From the sequence record PX393110.1: a DNA stretch of 64,000 nt, one strand, 5' to 3'. How positions within the stretch are numbered: the stretch's first letter is position 1; each line of letters starts with the position of its first letter. The DNA is from a phage. Under the pieces are notes generated by a model. The model was not told where the DNA came from, searched no databases, and worked only from the letters and a program-made list of their open reading frames with translations. Positions 40,049 through 48,011 of this stretch are shown one piece after another. Position numbers and translations under genes: made by a program.

Positions 40049-40057
40049 GGAGTAAAC

Positions 40058-40234
40058 ATGTCTAGCAACGAACCATGGTTCAAGACTGGATTCGAAACCG
40101 AGATACCGGCCGTAGCGCCGGTAAACTCAATCTTCCAGTCCTTACAGGGTAAAAGATGGAGATTTGATGGCCAGGGATGGGTCGAAATAGAGTCTCTACA
40201 GGCGGCTCTCCAGAGAAAACAGGCTCAGAAATGA
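40058..40234 (+). CDS. small hypothetical protein (58 aa)
   Basis: AAGGAG RBS 6 nt upstream of ATG; below the ORF-track length cutoff. Confidence 0.35.
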   Translation: MSSNEPWFKTGFETEIPAVAPVNSIFQSLQGKRWRFDGQGWVEIESLQAALQRKQAQK

Positions 40235-40258
40235 GTCTTAACTAGGTAGGGGTATAAT

Positions 40259-40906
40259 ATGGGCGTTACACTTGACCAGCTGAAGAAGTTCCTCCCAACG
40301 ACTTCAACGGAAGTACTGGAAAAGCTACTGCCTGCCATTAATACTACTATCGAGCGTTACGGTATCAATACCAATCGTCGTCTGCGCTATTTTATGGCGC
40401 AGACTGCTTTTGAAACTCGGGACTACACTAAATTTGTGGAGTCCCTGTATTATACCACTGCGTCTCGTCTGGTAGATGTATGGCCGAGCAGATTTACTCT
40501 TCGTGGCGAGCCTGGGAAGCTTAATGCGACTGCTTATATACGCGATTCAGAGAAATTGGCTAATCAGGTATATGCTAATCGCATGGGTAACGGGAATCCG
40601 GCCAGTGGTGATGGGTACAAGTACATTGGTCGTGGCGCGATGCATCTAACTGGCAAAGCAAACTATCGTGAAGCCTCATTGGATATCTTCGGCGATGACC
40701 GTTTGGTAGAAGACCCAGAGTTAGTCGCGACGGATTTCGAGACGATCATGCTTACTGCAGGATGGTTCTGGGATAAAAATAAATTAAATCAATTAGCAGA
40801 TCAGGACGCATTCACCAAAGTAACCCAGAAGATAAATGGGTCTGCTGCGACCGTACCTGACCGACTGCCTGTACTACGCAGAGCAAATCAGACTTTAACT
40901 CTTTAA
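40259..40906 (+). CDS. endolysin, GH19 chitinase-like lysozyme
   Basis: 215 aa; FMAQTAFETRDY...GDGYKYIGRGAMHLTGKANY motif. Confidence 0.7.
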   Translation: MGVTLDQLKKFLPTTSTEVLEKLLPAINTTIERYGINTNRRLRYFMAQTAFETRDYTKFVESLYYTTASRLVDVWPSRFTLRGEPGKLNATAYIRDSEKLANQVYANRMGNGNPASGDGYKYIGRGAMHLTGKANYREASLDIFGDDRLVEDPELVATDFETIMLTAGWFWDKNKLNQLADQDAFTKVTQKINGSAATVPDRLPVLRRANQTLTL

Positions 40907-40920
40907 TATGGTGATCAATA

Positions 40921-41337
40921 ATGGACAATATCCTGGATGTAATTGATGGCACCAAGATCGATGATTACATCGCTCTTGCACTAGCCATCATCGGCTTCGC
41001 ATCAGTGCTGGTGCAAGCTCTGGAGAAGATCGCTAAGATCACTCCTAATACTAAAGACGACGAATACATTGGGGTAATTAAGAAATACCTCGGTTATGCA
41101 TCGTCCATCTTAAACTTCGTCGCTCTGAACTTGCCTAAATCAGCTGCCAGGGTAGATAAGAAAGCTGCCGCTCAGGATGAGCAGAAAGTGCAGACCATGG
41201 ATAAAGCTAAGCAGGTTCTTTCCGACGTAGTCCAAACTCAGGATGATCCGCACCTAGTGAGTAAGGCTACCCAGGCTATTGATGCCCTTGATTACGGTAA
41301 GTCTCTGATCAAAAATCCAGAGGGTAAAAAGGAGTAA
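40921..41337 (+). CDS. putative holin / membrane protein
   Basis: 138 aa; hydrophobic helix IALALAIIGFASVLV; directly downstream of endolysin. Confidence 0.4.
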   Translation: MDNILDVIDGTKIDDYIALALAIIGFASVLVQALEKIAKITPNTKDDEYIGVIKKYLGYASSILNFVALNLPKSAARVDKKAAAQDEQKVQTMDKAKQVLSDVVQTQDDPHLVSKATQAIDALDYGKSLIKNPEGKKE

Positions 41338-41340
41338 GGT

Positions 41341-41571
41341 ATGAAAGCTCTTACTCTTATTCTTCAGCTTATTACCCTACTCGTATCTGCTATGCAGACT
41401 CGCTCTCGGGAGAAGAAAGATGAAGAAATTAAAAATGACCCTACTGGTGCTTGGGAGTCTAAGTTTGGTAAGCTGCAACAGCCTACCGGTACAGATGCAG
41501 ACGCCGAAGGTAAGGTGCGACCGTCCACCGATAGCAGCGATAGCGGAAAAAGACGGGATCAGGATTCCTAA
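41341..41571 (+). CDS. putative i-spanin-like protein (N-terminal TM)
   Basis: 76 aa; N-terminal hydrophobic segment; contains embedded lipoprotein ORF in another frame. Confidence 0.35.
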   Translation: MKALTLILQLITLLVSAMQTRSREKKDEEIKNDPTGAWESKFGKLQQPTGTDADAEGKVRPSTDSSDSGKRRDQDS

Positions 41572-41629
41572 CGCTGAATTAGCTAAATTGGTATCTTATA
41601 TAGATTGCCTAGAGAGCAATCAGAAGTGA
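41420..41629 (+). CDS. putative o-spanin outer-membrane lipoprotein
   Basis: signal peptide with lipobox LVSC; 69 aa; overlaps upstream gene in another frame. Confidence 0.5.
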   Translation: MKKLKMTLLVLGSLSLVSCNSLPVQMQTPKVRCDRPPIAAIAEKDGIRIPNAELAKLVSYIDCLESNQK

Positions 41630-41639
41630 GGAATCTTGT

Positions 41640-41972
41640 ATGCGCGAGAGGGAAGAGTCTGAGTTCGGTGGACACCAACTCGATAGGCTAGCGAGACTTG
41701 AATCTAACCAGAAGTTTCAGGGAGTAATCCTTGATCAACTTATGGAGTCTTCTCGTAAGCAGACGGAGATATTAGCGGATATCCGTGAGCTAGTCGTTGC
41801 ACAGAATTTCATGTCTAAGAAGATTTCTGACCTTGAAGATGAGCAGGATGATCTAAGGAAGGAGATTAAGGAAGTAAATGACAAGATTAAATTCTGGAGT
41901 GGTGCGTTAGCAATTATTAGTGTACTGGTAGGATTGTTTAACGACGCCATCATCGGCATCTTTAAGCACTAA
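41640..41972 (+). CDS. coiled-coil protein with C-terminal transmembrane anchor
   Basis: 110 aa; heptad-rich helix then hydrophobic ALAIISVLVGLF. Confidence 0.45.
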   Translation: MREREESEFGGHQLDRLARLESNQKFQGVILDQLMESSRKQTEILADIRELVVAQNFMSKKISDLEDEQDDLRKEIKEVNDKIKFWSGALAIISVLVGLFNDAIIGIFKH

Positions 41973-42013
41973 ATAAATGGGACTCACTCGTGATAGAGTG
42001 AGTCCCATTTTTG
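41971..42013. terminator. bidirectional rho-independent terminator at convergence of plus and minus transcription
   Basis: 11-bp perfect stem GGGACTCACTC/GAGTGAGTCCC, flanked by A-rich on the left and T-run on the right. Confidence 0.8.
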
Positions 42014-42024
42014 TGTAGATTAAT

Positions 42025-42267
42025 TTAGTTATGACGATTCCACATCTCGACCATAAGCCCCAGCTCACGATCAGCAACTGCTTCATCTTCCATATCTAAA
42101 TCAGTAACCACTTCATGGTCGTCCCATTTACAGTTAGGACACTCCAGATGTAAGTGGTTATTCTCGTCAAGACGTAGAGTGGGGTGCTCTTTACAGTTAT
42201 AGCATACCTTCACTATCCCTGCCTTACACACTCCCTCTAGTTTGATGTTTAATTTCATCAAGTCCAT
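42025..42267 (-). CDS. zinc-ribbon protein
   Basis: 80 aa; CxxC ... CxxC (CYNC, CPNC). Confidence 0.5.
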   Translation of the reverse strand: MDLMKLNIKLEGVCKAGIVKVCYNCKEHPTLRLDENNHLHLECPNCKWDDHEVVTDLDMEDEAVADRELGLMVEMWNRHN

Positions 42268-42821
42268 CAGATACTCCGTACAAATAATTCCCGGAATGGT
42301 TTAATTACCTTCTCTACTTCAGCATCCATCTTGGTTTCTGACTTACCAGATAAGATATTGAAAAGAGATACACGAACGGCCTCCCGAACCGACTCTTGAG
42401 TCATATCGACCTTGCCTTCATACGCTGAATAAATAGTCTGGCAGTTGCTAAGTAAAAATACTAGCTCTACCGCCTGATGAACGACTTCTTGATACTGCTG
42501 GTCGCGCTCGATAGCTTCGTTCATCTTAGGAGTGTGTGGATTATCGCAGATTTCCCAGGTCTTTACGATATCAGGATTAGCGAATACATCGGACGATTTA
42601 ATACCTATCGACACTTTAAGTAGACGGTGCTTAATACCGTTATTGGTAATAGTCAGATCGTGCATAGCATGACGAAGAGCTTGCTCGAATTCAAAGCTAG
42701 ACTCTCGGACTACTATATCATAGCTCTCAGCCTGGTCGATAGGACGGACTGTTAGAACGAGTACTGCTGTACCTCCCAACATACCGATTAGGTTGTCTAT
42801 ATCCATATTACTCAAAGTCAT
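42267..42821 (-). CDS. hypothetical protein
   Basis: 184 aa ORF, overlapping start/stop with neighbours. Confidence 0.45.
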   Translation of the reverse strand: MTLSNMDIDNLIGMLGGTAVLVLTVRPIDQAESYDIVVRESSFEFEQALRHAMHDLTITNNGIKHRLLKVSIGIKSSDVFANPDIVKTWEICDNPHTPKMNEAIERDQQYQEVVHQAVELVFLLSNCQTIYSAYEGKVDMTQESVREAVRVSLFNILSGKSETKMDAEVEKVIKPFRELFVRSI

Positions 42822-43180
42822 TTCTTTACCTTCTTATAGAACTTGTGGTCGCCTATTCTGGCTGTCATTCTATAGCCCTTCCAGTTAGGCCTAACCTTTA
42901 CATTATGAAAGTGAGTAGCCCCGAATGTGGGATCTTCACTGTATTTAACTCTTGCCGCAATATGAATAGCAGATGCCTTAGATTTAGGATCTTTCATATT
43001 CTGGTAAGAGATGTGACGGTACCACGGAAAGGTATTCCTGTTTTTAACTACCTTACATGGGCTTATACCGTATTTCTTCGCTCGGTTGAGTACCACGTGG
43101 GCTACAGCTAACTGCCCACGTTCCGACTCTCCCCTGGCCTCATAGTAGACGACCATAGCTACGCAATCGGCAGAAGTCAT
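42818..43180 (-). CDS. SleB-like cell wall hydrolase
   Basis: VVYYEARGESERGQLAVAHVVLNR matches hydrolase_2/SleB signature. Confidence 0.6.
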   Translation of the reverse strand: MTSADCVAMVVYYEARGESERGQLAVAHVVLNRAKKYGISPCKVVKNRNTFPWYRHISYQNMKDPKSKASAIHIAARVKYSEDPTFGATHFHNVKVRPNWKGYRMTARIGDHKFYKKVKK

Positions 43181-43211
43181 AGTTCATTCCAAATTAATCA
43201 TCCGTGACGGA

Positions 43212-43589
43212 TTACAGAGATTTCTCTGTGGTGGGCTCTTCCAGTAGCCCACCCAGAGCTGAGAATACCATGTTCACCGAGTCGTCAATCTCTTTGATTA
43301 ACGATTGGAGATTATTGGTATCTGCGACCATGCCTCTGACCTGGTCGCTAATATCAGCCGCACCCAACTTAGTACCTTCACCAGCCAGACTGTCGATTAA
43401 ACGAACTTTGGCCTTATTTAACTGGTCGATTTTATCCTGGATAGCAGCTTTACGCTGATTACATGCCAGAACTATGATTTGTTTTAAATCAACCTGGCTA
43501 GCATAGCTCTCGCGGAAGCGCTTTACCAGATTAGCTTCGTCGATTACCGGCAGAGCCTCTGGATGAGGTCCGTTGAATGCGTTGTACAT
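43212..43589 (-). CDS. hypothetical protein
   Basis: 125 aa ORF. Confidence 0.45.
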   Translation of the reverse strand: MYNAFNGPHPEALPVIDEANLVKRFRESYASQVDLKQIIVLACNQRKAAIQDKIDQLNKAKVRLIDSLAGEGTKLGAADISDQVRGMVADTNNLQSLIKEIDDSVNMVFSALGGLLEEPTTEKSL

Positions 43590-43601
43590 AATTTCTCCTA
43601 A

Positions 43602-44225
43602 TTAGAAACGATCGCGACCTATGATTGGTGCGACTGGTTTAAAGTCAGTCTGGTCGTAACCTTTGTAAAGGTCGTAGCCACCACCAGCAACCTCAGTAAA
43701 GTAAATCTGACCGATGCGCATGTTAGAACGCAGTCGGATAGTGTTAGGGCTTAGGTTAACAATCTCTAGAGTAAATGCTCCCTTGAATCCAAAGTCCCCG
43801 AAACCTGCACTGACATGGCTCAGTATTCCCAGACGACCCATAGTGCTGCGACCGTCGTAATGCTGACAGAATGCCACACCACGGTCTACAGTGCTGTTAC
43901 GGTATCGTGGGTCATAATGCTCGAACCACTTCTCAGGCAACATGGTAGTACAGTCGATACGTTCAGATGCTGAGCCTAAGATGAACTCCCCAGGTTTAAG
44001 ATCGTAGTATAGTGCCTCTACCTCGCGATACTCCGGAAGAGTACATGGTTTATAGGGATCTACTACATGGCCATCAGGCATCTTTTGAGGAACCAGGAAG
44101 AACGGAGCTAAGCGTACATCTACACTATTCTGTCCGATTCGTGGTTCCTGATTGTCCAGATAACTGTGATAGGTCCATAATCCTTGAGTAATTGCCTGCT
44201 CAATATAAGATTTACCAAGGATCAT
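43602..44225 (-). CDS. dCTP deaminase-like protein (dUTPase superfamily)
   Basis: 207 aa; size and motif layout of Dcd family. Confidence 0.55.
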   Translation of the reverse strand: MILGKSYIEQAITQGLWTYHSYLDNQEPRIGQNSVDVRLAPFFLVPQKMPDGHVVDPYKPCTLPEYREVEALYYDLKPGEFILGSASERIDCTTMLPEKWFEHYDPRYRNSTVDRGVAFCQHYDGRSTMGRLGILSHVSAGFGDFGFKGAFTLEIVNLSPNTIRLRSNMRIGQIYFTEVAGGGYDLYKGYDQTDFKPVAPIIGRDRF

Positions 44226-44427
44226 TACGGATGCTCCAGCATGTTCTTAACAGATTCTTCATCTGTAGCTTCTACAGTAGCATTATTATTATTATTATTA
44301 TTATTATTCTTGAATGTGCCCCAGATATCATCAGACACGATCATAGTCTTGGGAGCTAAGTGCTCCGAACGAATAACCGTAATCTGGTTACGATTAAGAT
44401 CCTTAGTTAGTTGCTCAATATCCATCA
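44225..44427 (-). CDS. small protein with poly-Asn tract
   Basis: ATG at 44425-44427 with GAGGA RBS; contains 9 consecutive Asn from (ATT)9. Confidence 0.4.
44282..44308. repeat. (ATT)9 trinucleotide microsatellite
   Basis: 27 nt perfect ATT repeat read directly. Confidence 0.95.
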
Positions 44428-44455
44428 TATTCCTCGGTTCTATGGTAGAATAACA

Positions 44456-44479
44456 TTGACCTCTCCGCAAAGAGGTCAA
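44456..44479 (-). terminator. hairpin downstream of dUTPase gene
   Basis: 9-bp stem TTGACCTCT/AGAGGTCAA; U-tract weak. Confidence 0.35.
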
Positions 44480-44510
44480 TAGTAATTACCGTAGTCTAAC
44501 TACCCCAGGA

Positions 44511-44981
44511 TTACTTAATCCCGGAATGGCCAAACCCACCGTCGCCACGTTCAGAAACATCAGAGAATTTATCCACAAGCTGGAGCTCTGGATGGATAAC
44601 GGGAAGAAACACCATTTGAGCGATACGGTCGCCGTGGTTAATAACGAAAGATTCGTTACTACGGTTCCACACAGACACCATCAGTTCTCCTTGATAGCCG
44701 GAGTCGATAAGACCAACCAAGTTACCCAGTACGATGCCATTTTTATGGCCGAGGCCGCTGCGGGGAAGAATCACAGAAGCGATGTTCGGATCGCCGATGT
44801 TGATCGCTAGACCGGTAGGGACCAGGATAGTTTCGCCAGGATTTACAGCGATTTTATCGATTTCGTCAGTCTTAATCATCGCACGAAGATCAAGACCAGC
44901 ATCACCAGCTTTAGCGTATTTCGGTAACTCCAGAGAGTCGTCCCAGTTAATAGTTTTCTTTACTTGAACTACGGTCATCAT
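44511..44981 (-). CDS. dut: dUTP diphosphatase
   Basis: 156 aa; [39 protein letters not shown] motifs of trimeric dUTPases. Confidence 0.85.
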   Translation of the reverse strand: MMTVVQVKKTINWDDSLELPKYAKAGDAGLDLRAMIKTDEIDKIAVNPGETILVPTGLAINIGDPNIASVILPRSGLGHKNGIVLGNLVGLIDSGYQGELMVSVWNRSNESFVINHGDRIAQMVFLPVIHPELQLVDKFSDVSERGDGGFGHSGIK

Positions 44982-45358
44982 GATGCCCTTTTGTACTGTT
45001 TAATGAATGCTGCGCAGATGCTGGTGAAGAGGTGATCTTTGACTCGATGCTCTTCCGGCAACCGTGAATATGGAACCATACACGGGTGCGTCTTAGCTGC
45101 GAGATCTTTGATTTCTCCATACTTCCAGCCCTGCTCCTTTTTAGTTTTAACCCAGAATTCATGGGACTCTTCTGGGCTGATACGGTTATTGTGTAAGCAG
45201 TTATACGCTCCATCAATAGCCGACTGTTTTATTTCATCGGATGTTGCTTCCCAGCTTAATTGGGTGAAGTCTCCGATAGAATGGCAGTATGCACGATTAG
45301 CTTCGTGACACACCTTAGCCACCATCAATACGATTTCTTCTCGGGTCATATGAGACAT
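44978..45358 (-). CDS. RyR-domain protein
   Basis: [20 protein letters not shown]...[20 protein letters not shown] resembles RyR repeat. Confidence 0.5.
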   Translation of the reverse strand: MSHMTREEIVLMVAKVCHEANRAYCHSIGDFTQLSWEATSDEIKQSAIDGAYNCLHNNRISPEESHEFWVKTKKEQGWKYGEIKDLAAKTHPCMVPYSRLPEEHRVKDHLFTSICAAFIKQYKRAS

Positions 45359-45582
45359 TATTTACCCTTGTGACGTTGCTTATTAACCTTACGGCCTTTA
45401 GCCTTCTTAGCCGCACGCTTTAATGCAGATGCTGTAGTAGTCTTAGGGCAGCTTACCTTGGTACAGGCGCGACGGAATCCGTCATAGCCTTTAGCAGACA
45501 CTGCTGGGGTGGGCCACATATGACCTAATCCAGCCAGAACCATACCGATACCGCTTAACAAACCAATACGACGTGATTGCAT
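45358..45582 (-). CDS. small membrane-anchored basic protein
   Basis: 74 aa; N-terminal hydrophobic helix, Lys/Arg-rich C-terminus. Confidence 0.45.
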   Translation of the reverse strand: MQSRRIGLLSGIGMVLAGLGHMWPTPAVSAKGYDGFRRACTKVSCPKTTTASALKRAAKKAKGRKVNKQRHKGK

Positions 45583-45602
45583 AGAGATTTCCTTTCCAAC
45601 AG

Positions 45603-45634
45603 TTTAACAGCCTTTGGAGGCTACGAAAGAGCGG
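45603..45634 (-). promoter_or_regulatory. conserved promoter-like motif
   Basis: TTTAACAGCCTTTGGAGGCTACGAAAGAGCGG, about 20 nt upstream of start at 45582. Confidence 0.5.
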
Positions 45635-45944
45635 AATCTTCGTCAGGTAATGAATTAACGAAGTCAGCTATAACTTGAGCATGACATGGTAACGGTAAGC
45701 AGGAGCACCCTAAAGTCTTACCCTTAAGAGTCCGTAAGTAGGAGATGCTTATGTGGCCATCTTTTACTTGCTGGTGGAACCATAGTCTGTATTTCGCGAT
45801 GGCTAATGTTCGGGAACCTACGTTAATAGCGTTAGGTAAATCTTTATGGCTCCACTTATTCCCGAATATAGTACCTCTCCCAACATATAAATCGTAGTTA
45901 GGATTGGTACGTATATTAACCACCCGACAAAGCTTACTCTCCAT
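45621..45944 (-). CDS. DUF4326-like protein
   Basis: YVGRG...GNKW...GKTLGCSCLPLPCHAQV layout recalled from DUF4326. Confidence 0.5.
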   Translation of the reverse strand: MESKLCRVVNIRTNPNYDLYVGRGTIFGNKWSHKDLPNAINVGSRTLAIAKYRLWFHQQVKDGHISISYLRTLKGKTLGCSCLPLPCHAQVIADFVNSLPDEDSALS

Positions 45945-46647
45945 CTTCCACAGAGTTACCCTGCATAGCAATCATGGTATTCACCTCGTGCTCCAGATCC
46001 TGTAACTCTTTTACACGATTGATGGTGCGAACCCAAGTCTTAGCTTCCAGCATCGCATCGAACAATGCATGGTGATCAGACATAGACTCGTGCTGGCTAC
46101 TCAGTTCTTCTTTAATCATGCGACGATCATCGAATGAGATCAGCTGCAGACTAGCCAGAGTGCGGTAATCTCGATTCATCCAGTGTAGGAACGGGGTCTT
46201 ACGTCCTTTAGCCTTAAAGTACCAATCCAGGAATCCCTGGTCGAACTCTGGTGCGTTACCGATGAAGTTCAACATCTGGCAACCAGGATCCTGTAGTACC
46301 TTAGCTACGTACTCTTCGATGATATCCAGAGCTTCGTCAACAGATACTGGATTAGCATATGCAGCATCACGGACGGGTTTCGGGAGAGTGTTGAGCCATT
46401 CAACTACGTTAGGGTCAGACTTCATACCCAGAGCCAGCGACTCTTCTCGATCAATAGTGAAGTAGACGTGGGAGTAGTGATCAGGACCAACCGTCACCAT
46501 ACCTACAGATAGAACTACCCCAGGCTCTTTAAAATCGAGATACTCGGTCTCGATGTCAATTGCGCAGTGGTAGGAGTCGTGATATGACAGGAATCGGTTA
46601 AACAGTTTATTCGGAGCCAGATGGTGTGGCATCATCTTAGTAGACAT
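45934..46647 (-). CDS. 3'-5' exonuclease, DEDDh (DnaQ/RNase T-like)
   Basis: AIDIETE (Exo I), FDQGFL (Exo II), HHALFDA (Exo III) motifs. Confidence 0.7.
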   Translation of the reverse strand: MSTKMMPHHLAPNKLFNRFLSYHDSYHCAIDIETEYLDFKEPGVVLSVGMVTVGPDHYSHVYFTIDREESLALGMKSDPNVVEWLNTLPKPVRDAAYANPVSVDEALDIIEEYVAKVLQDPGCQMLNFIGNAPEFDQGFLDWYFKAKGRKTPFLHWMNRDYRTLASLQLISFDDRRMIKEELSSQHESMSDHHALFDAMLEAKTWVRTINRVKELQDLEHEVNTMIAMQGNSVEDGE

Positions 46648-46677
46648 CGGTTATCCTTATCAGTTGAGGTGCAACAA

Positions 46678-46708
46678 TTTAACAGCCTTTCGAGGGTAAG
46701 AAACGGCG
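46678..46708 (-). promoter_or_regulatory. conserved promoter-like motif (degenerate copy)
   Basis: TTTAACAGCCTTTCGAGGGTAAGAAACGGCGG upstream of exonuclease gene. Confidence 0.4.
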
Positions 46709-46711
46709 GAA

Positions 46712-47065
46712 TTAATCCTTATCCACAGTATACCCTAGACTGGTTAATAATGTATCTACTTCAACGGCATCATATACTGGAGATGCCTTACCTATTGTGA
46801 TATGATCTGTGTAATGAATTTTAGGGGTAGTTACTTTACGCTCTCTACCCGATAGGAATTTTACTGCATCCTCAACATTACTATTATGATCACCAGTCCA
46901 GCCATCATCAATAGCCATCTGAATAATACGATGATGCATAGCTCGGTTTTCAGCATTCTCTACTCTAGCCTTACTCAGATTAGCCTTAGTAGTGTCTAAT
47001 TCCTGTCGTACTGAGTTATATCGATCTTCCCAGCGTCCGTCATGAATCCCAGTATCTTCAGCCAT
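46712..47065 (-). CDS. hypothetical protein
   Basis: internal ATG at 47063-47065; 117 aa. Confidence 0.4.
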   Translation of the reverse strand: MAEDTGIHDGRWEDRYNSVRQELDTTKANLSKARVENAENRAMHHRIIQMAIDDGWTGDHNSNVEDAVKFLSGRERKVTTPKIHYTDHITIGKASPVYDAVEVDTLLTSLGYTVDKD

Positions 47066-47297
47066 TACGTGCCTTCTTAAGATGCCATTGTGCGACCCAC
47101 CAGAATGTAGTTCCTGGTGCAGAGTAGTTATTGAAGACCCCACCATTACTAAGCAGACTCTTAGCTGCTCGACGATGACCACGACGCTTCTTGCGAGGAT
47201 CGAGTTTAACTGATTGAGCTACTTGCTCATAGGTATCATAACCCACGATCTGCATGCTCCCAACCGCATTAGTTACTGCTTGGATAGGTTGTTCCAT
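47058..47297 (-). CDS. hypothetical basic protein
   Basis: ATG at 47295-47297 with GGGAG RBS; 79 aa. Confidence 0.4.
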   Translation of the reverse strand: MEQPIQAVTNAVGSMQIVGYDTYEQVAQSVKLDPRKKRRGHRRAAKSLLSNGGVFNNYSAPGTTFWWVAQWHLKKARNG

Positions 47298-47312
47298 AAT
47301 TACTCCCAACAT

Positions 47313-47344
47313 TAAATAAAAATAGCGCTCCCTAAAGAGCGCTA
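47313..47344 (-). terminator. rho-independent terminator after NADAR gene
   Basis: 8-bp stem TAGCGCTC/GAGCGCTA followed (minus sense) by TTTTTATTT. Confidence 0.7.
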
Positions 47345-47351
47345 AGATAGG

Positions 47352-48011
47352 TTAGTCTTCTTCGCCCCACTCATCGTCGTAGGCCTGCTTAGGGGTCTTA
47401 CCTTCATCGTAATCATCCCGCCAGGCTTCCGCATCAGCAGCGCTACCGCCACGAGACTGAGCGTATTGGTGCAGCAGTTTATGCCACTCCGCAAACGATC
47501 CTGTCTCCTTGGTCATTTGTTCCATAACTAACTCCTCCCGAAGTTTCATCAGTAATCGTCCGAGCATATTAATACCAGTGAGGACGGACTTGTACTCCTC
47601 ACGAGTCATACCCCAGAAGGAATCTCCGTGGGTATTTCCTTCGACCAGCTCCTTAGGCCAAGTATCGGTCAATTTTTGAGCTAGCTCCCCACCTTTCGCG
47701 AATTTAATCCGGAGTAGGTGTTCCATCACATCTACTCTCTGTTCCTTCCACGATTCAGTAATGGGCAGCTTACGTCCATATCTCTTGGCCTCACCAGGAG
47801 TATGAAGTCTAGCTATGATAAGACGATGGGCTAGTGATGGAGACTTAGATGCTTGATAGGCATGCTCCACACTAGGGTAAGTAAGGGAGGGAAGAGTCTC
47901 GTTCCCGTAAGGATTCTTATCCTCAATAGGAACAGGATAAAAGTTAGATAGGAATCGGTACTCTCCGATAAACTCCAGAATAGAGTTCTTGTCGGTCCAG
48001 ATCCGCATCAT
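47352..48011 (-). CDS. NADAR (YbiA-like) domain protein, putative ADP-ribosyl N-glycosidase
   Basis: YRFLSNFYP, VEHAYQASK, KRYGRK...WKEQRVDVMEHLLRIKF, LVEGN..D.FWG colinear with E. coli YbiA. Confidence 0.75.
   Translation of the reverse strand: MMRIWTDKNSILEFIGEYRFLSNFYPVPIEDKNPYGNETLPSLTYPSVEHAYQASKSPSLAHRLIIARLHTPGEAKRYGRKLPITESWKEQRVDVMEHLLRIKFAKGGELAQKLTDTWPKELVEGNTHGDSFWGMTREEYKSVLTGINMLGRLLMKLREELVMEQMTKETGSFAEWHKLLHQYAQSRGGSAADAEAWRDDYDEGKTPKQAYDDEWGEED

Noticed and set aside
40243-40258. TATAAT hexamers immediately upstream of several late gene start codons (for example 40252, 25818, 28928) as possible late promoters
   Set aside because: They lie 1-15 nt from the ATG leaving no room for a 5' leader and RBS; more likely AT-rich ribosome-binding context than -10 elements
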